The notes below the pieces were generated by a model. That model made no database searches. It worked only from the letters and a program-made list of their open reading frames with translations, and was not told the origin of the DNA. This document shows, piece by piece, positions 25,867-26,221 of a DNA stretch of 26,221 nucleotides (position 1 is its first letter; each line of letters starts with the position of its first letter). Origin of the DNA: a virus (Duplodnaviria; Caudoviricetes); the IMG/VR virus record IMGVR_UViG_3300046830_000018, positions 1-26,221 of that record; one strand, given 5' to 3'. The position numbers and the translations under genes were made by a program.

Positions 25867-25959
25867 AACAGGCTCCCGTGTACTACAGCCTCAACATAAC
25901 AAAGTGAAACAATTTGCGATTGCTTGCATACTGAAGTGAGACATATGCACAAGTGACGA

Positions 25960-26220
25960 GTGGCTGACCTCAATGAAGAGCTTCAGGAACTTCACGCATC
26001 TGTTGTTCGTGCTGTTCGCTTACGCATTGACACCGGAGAGCAGTCCAACGACGACATCCGCACGGCTCTTCAGCTGCTCAAACAGAACAGCATCACCGCA
26101 GCCCTCGATAAAGACGAGGCCACAGAGCTGAAAGCCAAGATGGCCAAAAAACTGGACTTTTCGGCCCTTGCCGGAAAGGTCGTTCCGATTAGAGAGAACG
26201 AGCAGAAACGCCAGGCCTGA
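25960..26220 (+). CDS. Terminase small subunit (gp18-like, cyanopodovirus type)
   Basis: ELQELHASVVRAVRLRIDTGE...DIRTALQLLKQNSIT matches the ELH...RIxxGE...D+xxAxxxLKxNxI pattern of marine T7-like TerS; 86 aa, GTG start. Confidence 0.7.
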   Translation: MADLNEELQELHASVVRAVRLRIDTGEQSNDDIRTALQLLKQNSITAALDKDEATELKAKMAKKLDFSALAGKVVPIRENEQKRQA

Positions 26221-26221
26221 C

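Larger units (their letters stand above)
1..26221 (-). mobile_element. T7-like (Autographiviridae-type) podophage/prophage genome segment, probably cyanophage-related
   Basis: Single-subunit RNAP plus the T7 gene order exonuclease-portal-scaffold-capsid-tubeA-tubeB-internal proteins-tail fibre, tightly packed on one strand. No host genes, integrase or definite att site in the window, so prophage versus free phage is unresolved. Confidence 0.96.

Overview
The whole window is part of a T7-like (Autographiviridae-type) podophage or prophage genome. It is GC-rich by eye, and its proteins resemble those of picocyanobacterial T7-like phages, so a Synechococcus/Cyanobium host is inferred. No host genes are visible. 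Nearly all genes are on the minus strand. Reading right to left: single-subunit RNA polymerase, gp2.5-like SSB, RusA resolvase, five small ORFs, gp6 exonuclease, a gp6.5-like gene, three gp6.7/gp7.3-like virion genes, portal, scaffold, major capsid, a Tphi-like terminator, tail tubes A and B, a gp13-like gene, four internal virion proteins, and the 5' part of a gp17 tail fibre missed by the ORF track. The main oddity is replication. The canonical T7 primase-helicase, DNA polymerase and endonuclease I are absent from their normal slot. In their place are RusA, an NrdR-type Zn ribbon fused to an initiator-like domain, a G39P/lambda-P-like helicase-loader candidate and a second Zn-ribbon protein, and the SSB ends in a bacterial DIPF tail. 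This suggests a T7-type virion and transcription system on a lambdoid, host-replisome-dependent replication module. Other oddities are a small terminase gene inverted upstream of the RNAP, a dense GTCTGC/GCAGAC repeat and palindrome cluster (ori- or attP-like) at the RNAP 5' end, and a recurring CACC(TG/AC/TA)TG(C/G)(A/G) promoter/operator motif. All assignments come from motif recognition and synteny; no database search was run.
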